64,000 bases of DNA. Source: Lepidodermella squamata (lineage: Eukaryota > Animalia > Gastrotricha). The notes under the pieces were generated by a model that was not told the DNA's origin, ran no database searches, and was given only the letters and a program-made list of their open reading frames with translations. Of this stretch, positions 1 to 13,900 are shown piece after piece (the first letter of the stretch is position 1; each line of letters begins with the position of its first letter). Where the stretch lies: positions 992,001 to 1,056,000 of the forward strand of contig JBLDXI010000021.1 of assembly GCA_047495785.1 (NCBI GenBank), read 5' to 3'. The position numbers were made by a program, and so were the translations under genes.

Positions 1-226
1 TGTAAGGACAATTTTCGGTAAAATCATGGCTATAGGGGTTTTTTAGACGTGGGGTCGTAGATCACTCCAAAATGCACTCAGATCGTATTGACGCAAATTC
101 AATATGTTCTTCCTTTGAGTTGCAGACATTAGACGGGACACGGATAAAAAAACAGAAAAAAACACTTTTTTAATTGAATGACTCATTTATACAAAATTCT
201 ATCTGATGGCCCAATCTTATATTTTT

Positions 227-1214
227 TTACAAATAATCATCGTCATGCTGGCCCTCCTTCAATTCGTCTTCTTCTTCCTCGACGTAGTTACGATTATTCC
301 GAGCTTCATCGCCTTCCCAAGTAGATGCCCGAACCTTTCGAACCACCCCTGAGGCGTGCCGGTGCAGAAAATGACGAGGTTTCCGCGCGAAAGCAATTCT
401 GAAGAAAACAGCGGCTAAACAAGCCCCAATATACGGGCCAATCCAATAAATCCAGTGACTTTTCCACGTCCCAGTTAAAATCGCCGGGGCAATGCTTCTC
501 GCTGGATTCATACTCACCGTAGTATACGGCAGCTGAAATTTTCAGATATGAAAAATATCGGTAAAATATCGAAATTTACCAGAGATATAGTTAGGGCGAA
601 ATAAGCTATTCCAACACGTTGAGCTGAAACAAAGCTAACAATAGCTTTCACCTCGCGGTGTTCGTCTGAGCAAAGAATGAAGAACACAACGAGGAATGTC
701 GCGATTAATTCAACGTAAAAACCGCTCGCCGGTGTGACGTCGCTCCATAATATTGTCGCTCCTAATTGACCTCGTTTATCGAAGGGGCAGACAAAATAAA
801 GTGCGCATGACCCGAAAATTCCGCCAAAAATTTGCGCCAATGTGTACAAAATGCAGCGTAGTAGCGTCGTTCTCCCGATCAAAAATAGACCTTGAAAATA
901 ATTTATTTTTAAATTTTCGATTTAAAATTGAAAATTTATAAACCGAGTGAAAATGCTGGGTTGAAATTCGCCCCACTTGAAGGCTCGAAAACGAAATCTG
1001 TGACAGCATAAGCAAAGCCGGTTGTGTAAGCGGTGACGAAGATGTTGATAGGATCTGTTGGCGCTTTGTTATCTTGCATCGAAGTCAGCAACATAGTGCC
1101 GCATGTCAGGAATACGACCAAAGCAGTGCCGATAAATTCTGCTAGAACAGCCCGCCATAATTTTTTCGAGGAGAAATATTCACAAATCGTGAAAGGCGTC
1201 CTTACAACAGTCAT
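227..1214 (-). CDS. Aquaporin (MIP family), 3 exons
   Basis: AEFIGT in TM1, SGANFNPA, VELIAT and SMNPARS...HWIYWIGP. GT-AG introns at 891-943 and 533-579 join ORFs 936-1214, 514-882 and 227-517 in frame. Confidence 0.95.
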
Positions 1215-1936
1215 TTATGGTTAATATATAGGACTTATGAGCAATAGAATTAACAGCAGCGCGGCCGGCTGAAATTCTCGAATCTTTAATCTATGTCAAG
1301 ACATTAGCGTCTTACAAACCGTTATCTTAATGCTATCAGCGACTTTTGTCATCAAAACAAGGCTGCGGAGGAGGCTGAAAAGAATGCAGCACAGAGTGTA
1401 TCGACTTGTGCATTATGGACTCAGTAGTTTCATTTGATAAGAGACGGTACGCGCCTCAACCTTTTTGCAGCGATGAGATGGGAATTGCTTATAACAAAAC
1501 TCTGCTATAGGGTATTTAATCAATTTCTTCCAACCGGAAAAATACAGACGCAAATTGAAGACCGCACTTAATCACCGACTTGTTGTCACTACGTCGGGTT
1601 TATGCGTTATTTTTTGTTATTTCCCAGCAACTCCCAGCAACGATGTGCTGAAATTCCGTTGCCGCTGCTTGGAAAAGCTCGCAGAATATTACAAGAGTTA
1701 ACGAAGGTCACACCTGATCTGGAAGTTTCGAGTGTGTACCGTTTTAGTGTGATTGCCTGCGCAAGCTGGAGGTGTGAAAATGCGTCCAGCATCGAAAAAA
1801 ATCGACTTGGCGGCTGTCCCGCATTCAGTAGAGTCAAATCAGCCGCAATAAAAGTGCAACACAGAAATTTGTGGGGCATCGGTATTTTTCTAGAAGTATT
1901 TCGTTCGATTCCAGCGGTTGCGCAGGCAGCCACACG

Positions 1937-4900
1937 ATGCTGAAAATTTTCGAAATTTTCATTCTTCATTTTCTAATATTCAAAATTGCCAATGGTGTGT
2001 TATTTTCAATGCCAAGTTTTAACAGAGATAACATTGATTTCCCATGTTATCCAGCTCAGAACTCGTGCACTAGTGATAGCGATTGCACCTCTCATCAAAG
2101 CTGTCAGTGGCAGAATAACGGTCATCAAGTTTGCGCGTGTATTTCCTGGCAGTGGACTGGTGCTGATTGTAACACCCGTTAGAACATTTTCGATAGCCAT
2201 CAAACCAAAAAAACAGAGTTTTGATTCTCGTTAAAACAGCCATTTGCTCCAACAAATGCGAGCCGAGGGGGACTTGTACGGCTTACAATTACTGCACCTG
2301 TTCGGCAGGTTGGACAGGGTCCAGCTACGGCTGCACTAGTCGTAAATGAATTTGAAAGTTGAGTTCTTCCATCTACAATGAGTAATATTTCTAATCAAAG
2401 CCGTTTGCTCGACCAATTGCAACAATCACGGAAACTGTGTTAGCGCCGAAACCTGCAGTTGTTGGACAGGTTGGACTGGCGACAAGTGTCAAACACGTAA
2501 ACATTTATAAATACCTACTACTGATTCCTACATGCGCTGCGTATGGTGCATTTCTGTAAAAATAATTAAGGTGACAGTATTTTTCATTACACAATTTTAA
2601 TGCCACGTTCACATGCAAACCCTCGCTAATCCTCAACATTCCAAAAGTGGTTCTCCAGATTGTGCGCATGTAGGAATAGGATTGCTCTATCGCTTTCCAT
2701 TGAGAAATGTTATTTCCGGGCTCTCTTATACCCCTCGGGTCGTCGGCTCGTCTCGGGGCTCGGGGTTTAGATTCCATTTTAGGGAGGGGAATTATATTTC
2801 TCCATGGCAAGCCATAGACCATATTCCCTCATTCAACAATGATTGTTTCATGACAGCGATCTGCGAGAACCCATGCAGCAATGGGGGCACTTGCACCCAA
2901 CCAAACCAATGCACCTGCCCTAGTGGCTACAGCCCGAGTTACTCAGCGCAACAAAGCATTGGTTGCTCCACAGGTGAACTGATTGAAGAAAGAATTACGC
3001 CTTGAAAATTGTTGAACCAAATAGCAACTTGTTCGCAATGGTGCCAAAACGGGGGCACTTGCACCGGGCCCAATACATGCACGTGTACTGCCGGCTGGAC
3101 CGGAAGTGCCTGCGATGTCGGTAAGGATAGCTTTACCAATCTTTTGCTGGTTGTTAAGAGTTTATACTTGCTAAAACAGGCACGTGCGTAAAGCCCTGTC
3201 TTAACGGAGGATATTGCAGCAAAGCACCTGATCAGTTTGTATTTGGAATTTGGACATAGAATCGGGATTAAAATCATATGTCTCCTAAAAGGTGTACCTG
3301 CGCTAGCGGTTGGAGTGGCAGTCAATGCGCTACGTGTAAGTTTAATTTGAACTCTGGTCCGAATGAGATCAAAACTTAGATGAACCAAGTTGTCTGTTCG
3401 AACGGGTGTGCCAACAATGGCAACTGCACAGGTCCACAAACTTGCACTTGTCCGCCTGGTTGGCAAGGCACAAACTCGACTTATTCAAAGGGCTGTAATA
3501 CGGGTATACCAAACGTGCTTCCTAATACCCCTTCTCATGCATCACTTTGACACAGCTATATGTACCACTCCTTGTACCAATGGAGGAAGTTGCGTTGCTC
3601 CTGATGTTTGCCGATGTCCGAATGGTATGGGAGGGCCATACTGCAACTCGACGTGCGCCACGAACAGTGACTGCCTGAATGGCGGAACATGCAGCTTCAA
3701 AACCGGAAAATGTGCCTGTGCCCCAGGCTGGACGGGAAAATTCTGCGCCACAAGTAATGCGGATGACAATTTTCGTGAATTTGTTCCATTTATTTGATAT
3801 TTAAAAAAGGCATGTGCCCGGATAATTACTGCAAAAATGGCGGCAGCTGCACTGGAAATTACACGTGTACTTGCACTGCCGATTGGAAAGATGGTACATG
3901 CTTAACTCGTGAGTTACGCTTTTGAGGATATGCCTTGTTTACTACTGCTGAATTGTACAGCCATTTGTGACAATCCATCATGCGTGAATGGCGATTGTAC
4001 CGCACCAGATACTTGCACTTGTTAGTTCAGAATCTTAATAGATCACCGCCGTAAAATTGAAGTTCTTTAGGCAAAGCTGGTTGGGAAACAGCTGCTTGCA
4101 ATGTCCGTAAGTTGAACTAATATTTTTTTATTTTTATTTTTTTGATGCTGATATTTGTGTGACAGCTATCTGTACGCCTAGATGCAGCAACGGCGGAACC
4201 TGTAAGATTTTTACTCTAATTTGACCGTGATGTCTCATCTTGCCATGTCTCATTAGGCACCTCACCTGGCGGAAAAAACTGGTGATTTTCAACTGGGGCT
4301 GCAAATGCTTAGTTTTAGTCTCTTTACCCAATATAGCTTCTGTACAGGGCAGTGGACTGGTCCTGATTGCACTCAACGTAAGAAACTTCTGAGCTTAGTC
4401 TGCTTAATGTATTGATAGCATATTTTGCCTAAACAGTTAACACGAACATTTACGTGGGTAGTCCATTCCTAAGTGGTGCAGATGGCTCGAGCACTTGGAC
4501 TTCAGGTTTCTACTGAGTAACATGCGTTCTCTCTTTTAAAAACTTATATACTTACAGATATGCTGATGAAAACTTTTGTCCCAACCGTACTTGGCCAGAC
4601 ATGTGAGTTAACTTATTACCGCCTTAATTTGATTAGAGAAGATTCTTTTAAAAAGTGACTTCGAATGACAACTGTTGTCCATGTGGCTCAATCTTCATGG
4701 AAGGTTACTGCTACTACGTCGTCAAACTACCATCCAGCATGCCATACAATGACGCTGGGGTTCAATACTATTATTCTATGAAAGCCTGTGTGGACACAGG
4801 TGGAACCCTAGCCACGTTTGCTACTGCTAGTCCTCAGGCAACACTGGCGAAATTCTTTAAATGGCTCGCGACTCAGAATAACATGCAGTTTGAAATCGAT

Positions 4901-7900
4901 CCAGTCGACTTTTTCAACCCATCTGGAACCTACCGAGATTGCTTCTTCCTCGGCATTTACAAAGCGGATGATGGGTGGTGGTGGCAGACCTCGCCCCCAG
5001 TTCAGGTGACTAGCAGCATTTGGCTCAATGGTCACTATGGTTATTACACTGATAAAGACAGATTTGCTTGCGCCATCCCAGTAAGACTTTTTACTAGAAC
5101 ATTCCAGTTGAAAACCGCTTATTTTCAAGCACAAAAGCAATCCTTACCTCTACGCATATCACAAAGACTGGGCAGGAGTACCCGTGATTTGCCAGATGAA
5201 GAATCCCTGTAAAGAAGTCTGCAAGCCAGGAACCACTAAGGTTTTCGACCGATGCTTACTCAGTGGGGACAAAACCGAACGGTTGGCCGCGAATAAGCAA
5301 TGCAACGGCAGGGGTGGCTTTCTCTCAACCATCCGTCAGCCTTATGAGCCCACCTATTGGAGGAACGCCCTTTACAACCCAGGACAAACGGATGGATTGT
5401 GGATCGGCTACAACCACTTCACATGTAAGTACTTGGGACAACTTCTCATACTAATCTAACGCGTCTTCCTTCTCAGCCGATTACTACTGGAGCTCAACGG
5501 GGGAGCAATTAGGCTACCCCAATGATATCCAATTTGACAAATCGGTGCCAGTTCCTAGAGATATGAACAAAAACAAATGTGTGATCGCTGGCAGCAATGG
5601 CTGGCTGGATGTGCAATGCAACAGTACTGCTGATCAGTATAACTTGGCTTGCCAATCAACCTACGCTGACCCTCCGCCTACTACAACTAGTCCCCCAACG
5701 ACGAGCACTACAACTACGACTACTACTACTACGACTCCTATCCCTACGACTTCTACAACGCCAGCTCCCACAACTACTGAGTCCTCGACTCCATTGGATT
5801 GTGTCACCCAATGTCCGACGCAACCTCGTGAGCGAAATATCCTATACAGGAGATGAAAACTCACTGAATTTTGATCATTTCAGCTAAATGCCCAACGGGT
5901 TACTTTTATGTCGCATGTTATGATAGTTGCTACGCAGTGGCCAAGTAAGCATCTCTAAAATATCCGCAGAGGAACATAACTTTACTTACAGCGCTGACAC
6001 TCATTACTTGGTAGCTCTAAAAAATTGTATTAACGACGGCGCTCATTTCTTCTCACCTAATTCTCAAGGAGAGTTCAATTGGATCAAAAAAATGTTGCGG
6101 ACAGATAAAACCTATTGGATAGGGGCGCAGAACTGGGCGCGGCGCAAAAGCGTGAACATTGATAATGGCAATGCCAACTTCAAAACTGCTACCGACCCGG
6201 ATGGAATGTGGAAGTGGATGAGTGGACCAGATGCGTTTCCCGTTGCGGGAATGACTGGCAGCGGCAGCTCCTTTAAAGCAGCGTCAGGTGCTACGTTTCT
6301 TACTTTCACTTCTACGATCGATAGCTCGGACTTCACAGCATATTTGACGGTCAACGCTGGGCAATGGAAAGTCGAGACTGACAAAAAATTCAAACAAAAT
6401 CGTGCGTACATCTGCGAGTATAGCGATGCTTGTTATGGCTGCAAAACGTACAGCGATCGTGACACCGTTAGGGATTGGACGAGATACAATAAAATATGTT
6501 ATCGTCCTCAAGGAAATAAAGATAACTTCTGGTATTGGGAAGCGCAGTCTGCTTGCACTGACCGACAAGCGTCGAAAATGTGGACCCCCAGAACCGAGGA
6601 CTCTCTGATATATGCTAGAATGCTCCAACGCCTTGATGACCGTACATTTTGGATTGGGATCAAACAAGATGCAGCGAATGGTCCCACTTGGGAGGATGGA
6701 ACAGATACTACCGTAGCTGATAGCTTTGATGCGGTAGATGATCTTGCGAAAGATCAGTGTGCTTACTTCATCGATGGAAATACCAAGTTCGATTTGACTT
6801 CCATTGACGCCGTTTCAGACATGCAAGATGGAGGCTGGAGGAAGACAAAATGTGACTACGGCAATTATATGCAGTTTCTGTGCCAAAAACCTGCTATTTA
6901 CAACGACGTCGATAAAGGAACTACTACTACAACAACAAGTATTACAAATATAATTTCTCTTATTTTTCTCGTTAAGTCTTCAATGATGTTCAGCTACCAC
7001 CACAACTACTACCACCACAACTACTACTACAACAACTACTACTACAACAACAACACCCGGGCCAACAACTACATACTGCGTCCAGGTTTGAGTGGGGCGT
7101 TTAAAATTGGACTCTTTACAGTCGTTAGGGTTATTTTAGGGAGGATGTTGCGTATGTCCCTGGGTGTACGATGAAACCACAGACAAATGTTACTTGTATT
7201 CTACCGACTTCATAGCTGGGTATATAGGTCTTTCCTACTCGCAAACATATTAACGTTTTTGATTCCGATTGTGTAGCCCATCTGCATCAGTAGATTACTT
7301 GTACGCTCAATGGGAGTGCGCAAAACGCGATGGTTATCTAGCCATGCCCAAGTCAGCGACCGATTTGGATTTCCTTTACTCTCGTTTCAATGAGAATGCT
7401 TATTGGACTTCCTACATGCCTAGTTTGTTGGCTGACAAATTCGCCGTCTGGTGTTTATAGGTAATTGCCTTAATATTTCAGATGCTTTTGGAATTTGGTC
7501 TTATCCTGACGGTTCGACGCTGGAAAAACAATTTCTAACTGAATACCCGCTATCAACAAATCCTTCATGTACCGCAGCAGTTCTAGATAGAACTCAGCAG
7601 GCTTTGCGACCGATTTGCGAATTTTCAACTTCAAATATGTACACTTTGGGGTCAATTAACATGACGCTGAATCAATCTTCGCAAACCTTCCCCTTCATAT
7701 GCGAAAAGCTGAACCCTTGCAAAGGTAAAGATATAGGTCCTTCCTCATCCTTCTCATTGTAAAATCTTGTAAACAGTTTGCCAAATGCCGATTGTACTGT
7801 CCAACTTGACATTATTTGACAATGGAAGAGAAATGTTTTCTGCTTTGAGAGTCGCTCCTAACAAGTGCATTTGGACGTTCCGAGAAACCGTCTCATCGAA

Positions 7901-10900
7901 TGTTAACGCAGCGACTTGTAGTATGCTCGGGCTGAAACCAGTGAAACTGTCGGAGCCGTACGAAAACCGGATGGCTAAATCGTACGTGCAAGCTTGGTCG
8001 TACTGGAACTGGACCGGCCAAGGGTTTTGGACTGACCTGGCCGTAAAAGAAATAAGTAAATACATCAATTTTGTCGAAGATCGAGTTAAAAGTTGTTAAT
8101 AATATGTTCAGCCCCTTTTGTATGGGAAGGCGAGACTACAACTTACGCTGAATATGCATTCGATAAGGATAAGCCCAGAAGCACGTACCATGAGCCGTGT
8201 GGTATTGTGGACGGAAGTAATCAGATCGATACGAAAAGCTGTGCCAATCAATACTTTCCTGTTTGCACCATTCCAAGTGCGGCTAGCTGTTCGGGTAAAT
8301 TTGTCCACCCTTAACTGTCTTTCTCTTTAATTCTATCGTTAAGACATGTGTCCATCCGGTTTTACATGGATCAACAATGGTATACCCGGAGGGACGTGCA
8401 TCGTTTTGGTAACAGCGTGAGTTATTTATGACTTGGGGATGTCGTTGTTGATAAGAACACATTGCAAACATTCAGGCAAGTGAATAGCCCAGTAACGGCT
8501 CGGCAAAAATGTTACTCAGACTTCGGAACTTACCAGTTGATATCCATTATGACTCCAAGTGTGGTTGGCGCATCGAATGGGAAAGGGCTTCTGGCACATC
8601 TTCTGTCGAAGCAGGATCTTGTCACTGGTAGTTACTATTGGATCGGTTTGGACAATAGCTTCCGAAACAACCATAATACAGACCTCGTGAGGTACACGGG
8701 AGACCCCGACTTAGGTAGGTTTACTGTCATAAATCGATGAAAATTCACCTTACTTCACCCTTCGCCTGTAGTTTGGGATTTTGACAATCACACAGCCCCG
8801 GGAATAACTGCAGGCACTCCGCCTTACCCAGACTTCTGGGGACCATCTGAGCCTATATCAAACAACGGTTGGGCCTACATCGTTTGGAATGGAACCTCGT
8901 TCTCTGTCTCAACAGCCAAACAAGGCGCGACCAATGTTTCAGCCGGTTACATTTGCGAGAGACCGAGTCCTTGTCTAACTTGCGATCCGGGATGGATATT
9001 TTTCAACGGTCACTGTTATCGAACATTCAATGCGCCGATTGATAATCGCTATACTATGCAGGCATTCAGAGCTCAATGCGATTTCTGGAATTCTTACTTG
9101 ATATCCCAAAACTCGCCCATAGAAAGCCAATTTACCCTTCTTCTAGCAAATGGAAAAACTCATTGGATCGGCCTTTACCGCAACAAGCCGTTTAATACTA
9201 CAACAGTTTCCGCCGGTACGCTCGCTCTTCACTGCTAATAACTGATATTAATTATGGGTATAACATTTTCCGGCAGATTTTTATGAATGGGATGATGGAA
9301 CTTCATTGGCGACAAACTCATTTGCTAACTGGTACGGCACAAATTGGATTGAGCCAAATGGCGGTGGGAATGGGGGCTCGAACCTGTTTGCAGAGACTGC
9401 CGCAGTCGTGAACCACATGTCTATCTCGCAATGGTTTGACGCGGACTTCTATTTGAATTGGGTTCAAATGAGCATATGCGAGAAGGATGCAAAAGTGCTG
9501 ACTCAGCGCTGTAAAGCAAGTTTGTATGAGATGAATGATTTTCTGCCCTCGTAAATTCACTTTCAATTAGCTGGCTCTTCACCGTCGATTTGCGGAGACG
9601 ATCTCTGCTCCTCCCAGTATACGACAATCCCATCTTCATACACAGCGTCAAATACCTTGTCTGGTTTCCCAGCTAGCGGTATTGCAAATAACAATGCGTG
9701 GAGTGCGGGGGCGTATCAACTTGGAGGTGATATTCAATGGATTCAAGTTGATTTTGGGGCAAATCCTATCTACTTGCGAGCCATTGCGACTCTAGGCCAC
9801 CAAAAGCTTGCTGGCTCTGTTATCATGTATCTTGTCCAAATTTCTACTGATGGAACCAATTTTCAATTTCTTTACCCGCATCGCTCACTTGCCTACTACG
9901 CTCAAATCGAAACAGCTTTTGCCGGTAACACCAATCCAACGATTCGAAATACCCAAGAGATATGTCCGCGAAGGCTCGCAAGGAAGGTCAAAATCATCAC
10001 GCGCCACTACGTCACGCATCCGTATTTCAAAGCGGAACTGAAGGGATGCGCAGCGACCGTTGCGTACAGCTCATTCTGCGAATGCTGGCTTGAGAGTTTC
10101 GATTCGTTTAGCGGAGCATCTCCTGCTACTCACTTCCCGTTTTGGGTTAACACACCGAGTTTCGACTCACAAGCTACAGGCTCTGGCGATGGAAACCCTT
10201 GGCTATCGACGCAAACAGCTGAACCTCCGCAGCCGTGGAAGCCGGAACAAATTGACTCTCAGAATTGGTACCAAGTTAATTTCAAAGTGTTGAAACTCGT
10301 GACTGGTGTTTATATGGCCGGAACCACTGGAGGAGGAATTCAAACCTACTATGTCATGTGGTCTCATACTGGTATAGCAGCCTAATTTTATTGTCATTTT
10401 TAATGAAAATCGAATTTAAGGTTATTTCTACACAATGCAATACTATTTGTCTTTGGATGGATTCCCCAAGCTGTTCAATGGCCCTGCTAATCCTGTTCGC
10501 CTAACGCAGCAAACATTTTGCCCTCCGATGAAAACTATGCTGCTACGAATTGTTCCGGTTACGTACACGTTATCGCCAACCCTCCTTTTGGATGTTTTGG
10601 CATGCTACGCCAGAGGAAAGCGATGTAACATTTATAATTATTCCTCTTTCTATTTCGTGAGCCATTTGATTGAGCCAGGTTTGGACTGTTGTGATGAGAT
10701 CGGCCTGTGTACTTGTAACTGCCCTGTCGGCTGGTCTGGTACTGATTGCAACACTGTTTCGGTGGATCGCAACTATTACATTGATGCCCAGCCTCCAAGT
10801 GAGCTCTATATCCAGCTAAATATCCTATTTCAACCATAATTCCTTCTCCAGTTTGCGAAAGCCAAGATTTAGTGCCTCTGATTGGAAATTGGGGTGGTTC

Positions 10901-13900
10901 AGTGTCGGCTTCTTCAGGAAACGCTGGCAATGCAATGGTTTCGAATGACAACAGCATAAATACAGCATGGCTGCCTGATACCACTGATACACGCCCGTTC
11001 TGGCAGGTTGATTTCGGGAAAGTTATGTCAGTGGGAATGATCGAGGTGACTGGAACGCCGAATGGTCGAGTGTTCAACTACTCCGTCTGGTTTCGATCCC
11101 AATCGTTGCCCAACCTGTACTATCCTGTTTTACAAAATCAAATCGATCACTCCTCCAATGCAACGGTTTCGGAATTAATCTCTCCTGTGCCTGTTTTGCA
11201 ATAAATATTTTTCAGGCTTTTACTGGTGGTAGGGATCTATCAGGGCTGAGATTTACGAGCACTCGATTTTGTCCAAATATACGAACCCAAGCGCTTCGAC
11301 TCGGTATCATTGGTTTCCTAACAGCGAGGTACATGAGAATCAAGGTGAAGGGATGCCCAGCCCACGCCTCTTGCTCCACGTGTTGCACTTCGAGTGACGG
11401 TTGCAAATGCAAATGCCCCATCGGCTACGTCACGAACTTTCAATCGGCTTCTTCTCTCAACCCTTGGGACCATTGCGGTAAGCTTGACGCTCCATGGATT
11501 GCCATCTTAATGGGCTGGGATTTTAGATCAATGGAACCAGCAAGCAATTGACTGTGAAGATCTCGCTATTAGACAGCCGAATTTGCCCAGTGGTGTTTAT
11601 ACAGTATTCCCGCCTGGCCAGCAACCTGTTGACGTATATTGCGAAATGCGGCTTTACGGAGGGGGCTGGACTGTCCTCCAAAAGCGAACAGATGGCTCTC
11701 AGGACTTCTTTTTGAACTGGGCTGACTACAAGAAAGGCTTTGGAACACCCGGTGTCAACTTTTGGTTAGGCAATGAAATCGCGTACAGGGTTACGGGGGC
11801 GAATCTGAACAGCTATTACCTGCTTGTTGAACTGACAACATTCGATGATGACATTGATATCGGCATTTTCGACAAATTTTACATCGACAGCGAGGCTACT
11901 TCGTATACGCTAAGAATCGGCTCTTTTCTAGACGGAAACATAAGTACTGCTGGTTATTGTTTCACTGTAGACCTGCATGTCTATTCCTTTACCAGAGGAC
12001 AGCCTGGCAGCAAGACACAGAGGATTTGCTTTCAAAACGAAGGATATCGATCAAGGCTGCGCAGGCCGATTCAAAGGAGCTTGGTGGTACAACGGATGTC
12101 ATGAAAGGTCTGATGCGGCTTTCCTCCTAGACAATTGCTTTGATAATCTATTTTTGAAGCAATCTGAACGGAGCTTATGGGAGTACAGCATATGGTGAAG
12201 GGACAAATTGGTACGCTTATAAAGGATACTATGTGTCAATGAAAAAGACACTGATGATGTTCCGGCGCTCACCACTATCAATGCCTTTGCCACGTAAGTT
12301 AGGAAAGAAAAATGTCTTATATTAATAAATGTGAACAAATTATCACAGAATATATGCCGAAATATCCCAATCCCATTGACTGTGAGGATATCCTTGACGC
12401 GAATCCACTTGCTCCGAGCAGCAGCTATGCAATTTACCCTGTCGGCGTCTCATCGGCTATCAACGTCTTCTGTGAGATGATGGCTCTCGGCGGCGGATAC
12501 ACTTCAATTCAGCGGCACTTTGATATCTCAGTCAGCTTCCTCAAAAACTGGACCGATTACAAGAACGGCTTCGGTCAAATCTCAGGAAATTACTACCTTG
12601 GTAATGAAAAGATCTGCAAAATTATAGATTTCTATTCAACAAGCCTTGCCTATAAACTATCTGTCGTGATGGAAAACGATAAGGGTGAAAAACGTACCTC
12701 GACTTATGGGACGTTTCTGTTTGGCCCGGAAAGCTCAGGTTACCCAATCTATATTAGCCGATTTGACTTTGAACAAGACATTGAGGATGGCGGCGATAGC
12801 ATGACCCGGCTAAACAAAGTAAAATTCATGACCATGGACAAGCTGCAGAATAGTTGCATGAACCCTTATACGCCATTTGGCGGCTGGTGGTACAGCTCAT
12901 GGGGCGATTGCATCGATAGCAGTCTCAATGGTCCTTATGGAGTCACTGGTTACCAGAAAGGAATGCATTGGGCATCCTGGAAAGGCAGATACCAATCCTT
13001 GAAATCAACAGCCATGCTTGTTAAACGGCTATGTAAGTGAAATAAGAGTGATAGAGGTATTGATTATATTTCAATATTATGTTGCGGTTATCCCAGACCC
13101 TAAACCAGTTGATTGTGCTGACATTCTTGCTCTGAACTCTAAATCTGCGAGTGATGTTTACTGGATATACCCTTTTGGAATGTCCCCAATTCAAACTTGG
13201 TGTGACTTCGACTCGGATTTTAATTCACTTGGAACAGGATGGACAGTAAGAGCCTTCGTAGTTGCCAGTCTTACGATATATTTATATTATCCTAATAACA
13301 GGTCATTCAGCGACGAATTAACGGCGACGTATCTTTCAATCGAATTTGGAGCGAATACAAAACTGGCTTTGGAAATCTTGATGGGGACTTCTGGCTAGGT
13401 TTCTGGCCTGAAACTTTCAAGTTTCATGAACTTGAACTTTTTATCTATATATGACATAGGTAACGATAAGATATTCAAGCTGCTAAATCAAGGGGCTTAT
13501 TCTTTAATGATTGGATTGTTAAATGATGCCAATGACTTCATGAAGTATGCTTACTACGAGGATTTCAGGTAAGATTTTCTTCTTTGAATTGAGATTAATA
13601 ACCTATTGATCTCAGGCTAACATCCGAGGTGTTGGGTTACCAGCTATACGTTGATAATTACGACAAAGGCCCAAGTAACATGAGTAAGCTCAAGCCTAAA
13701 ACGGAGAACGTTTTTTGATTAAAGGTTTACATCTAGGTGATAGCTTTTCCAAGCATAATGCTCTGCAATTCGGCACGAAGGACCGTCCAGGGAATAATTA
13801 CTGCGCGGGTCAGTACGAAAGCGGCTGGTGGTTCGACAAGCCGGATGAAAATGATAAATGCTCACGATCCACGAATCTTAACGGCCGATTTAACGAATCC

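Noticed and set aside
1602-1969. Overlapping 113-aa and 120-aa ORFs between the aquaporin and the mosaic gene
   Set aside because: No recognisable motif. They lie in the divergent promoter/5'UTR region and are probably spurious.
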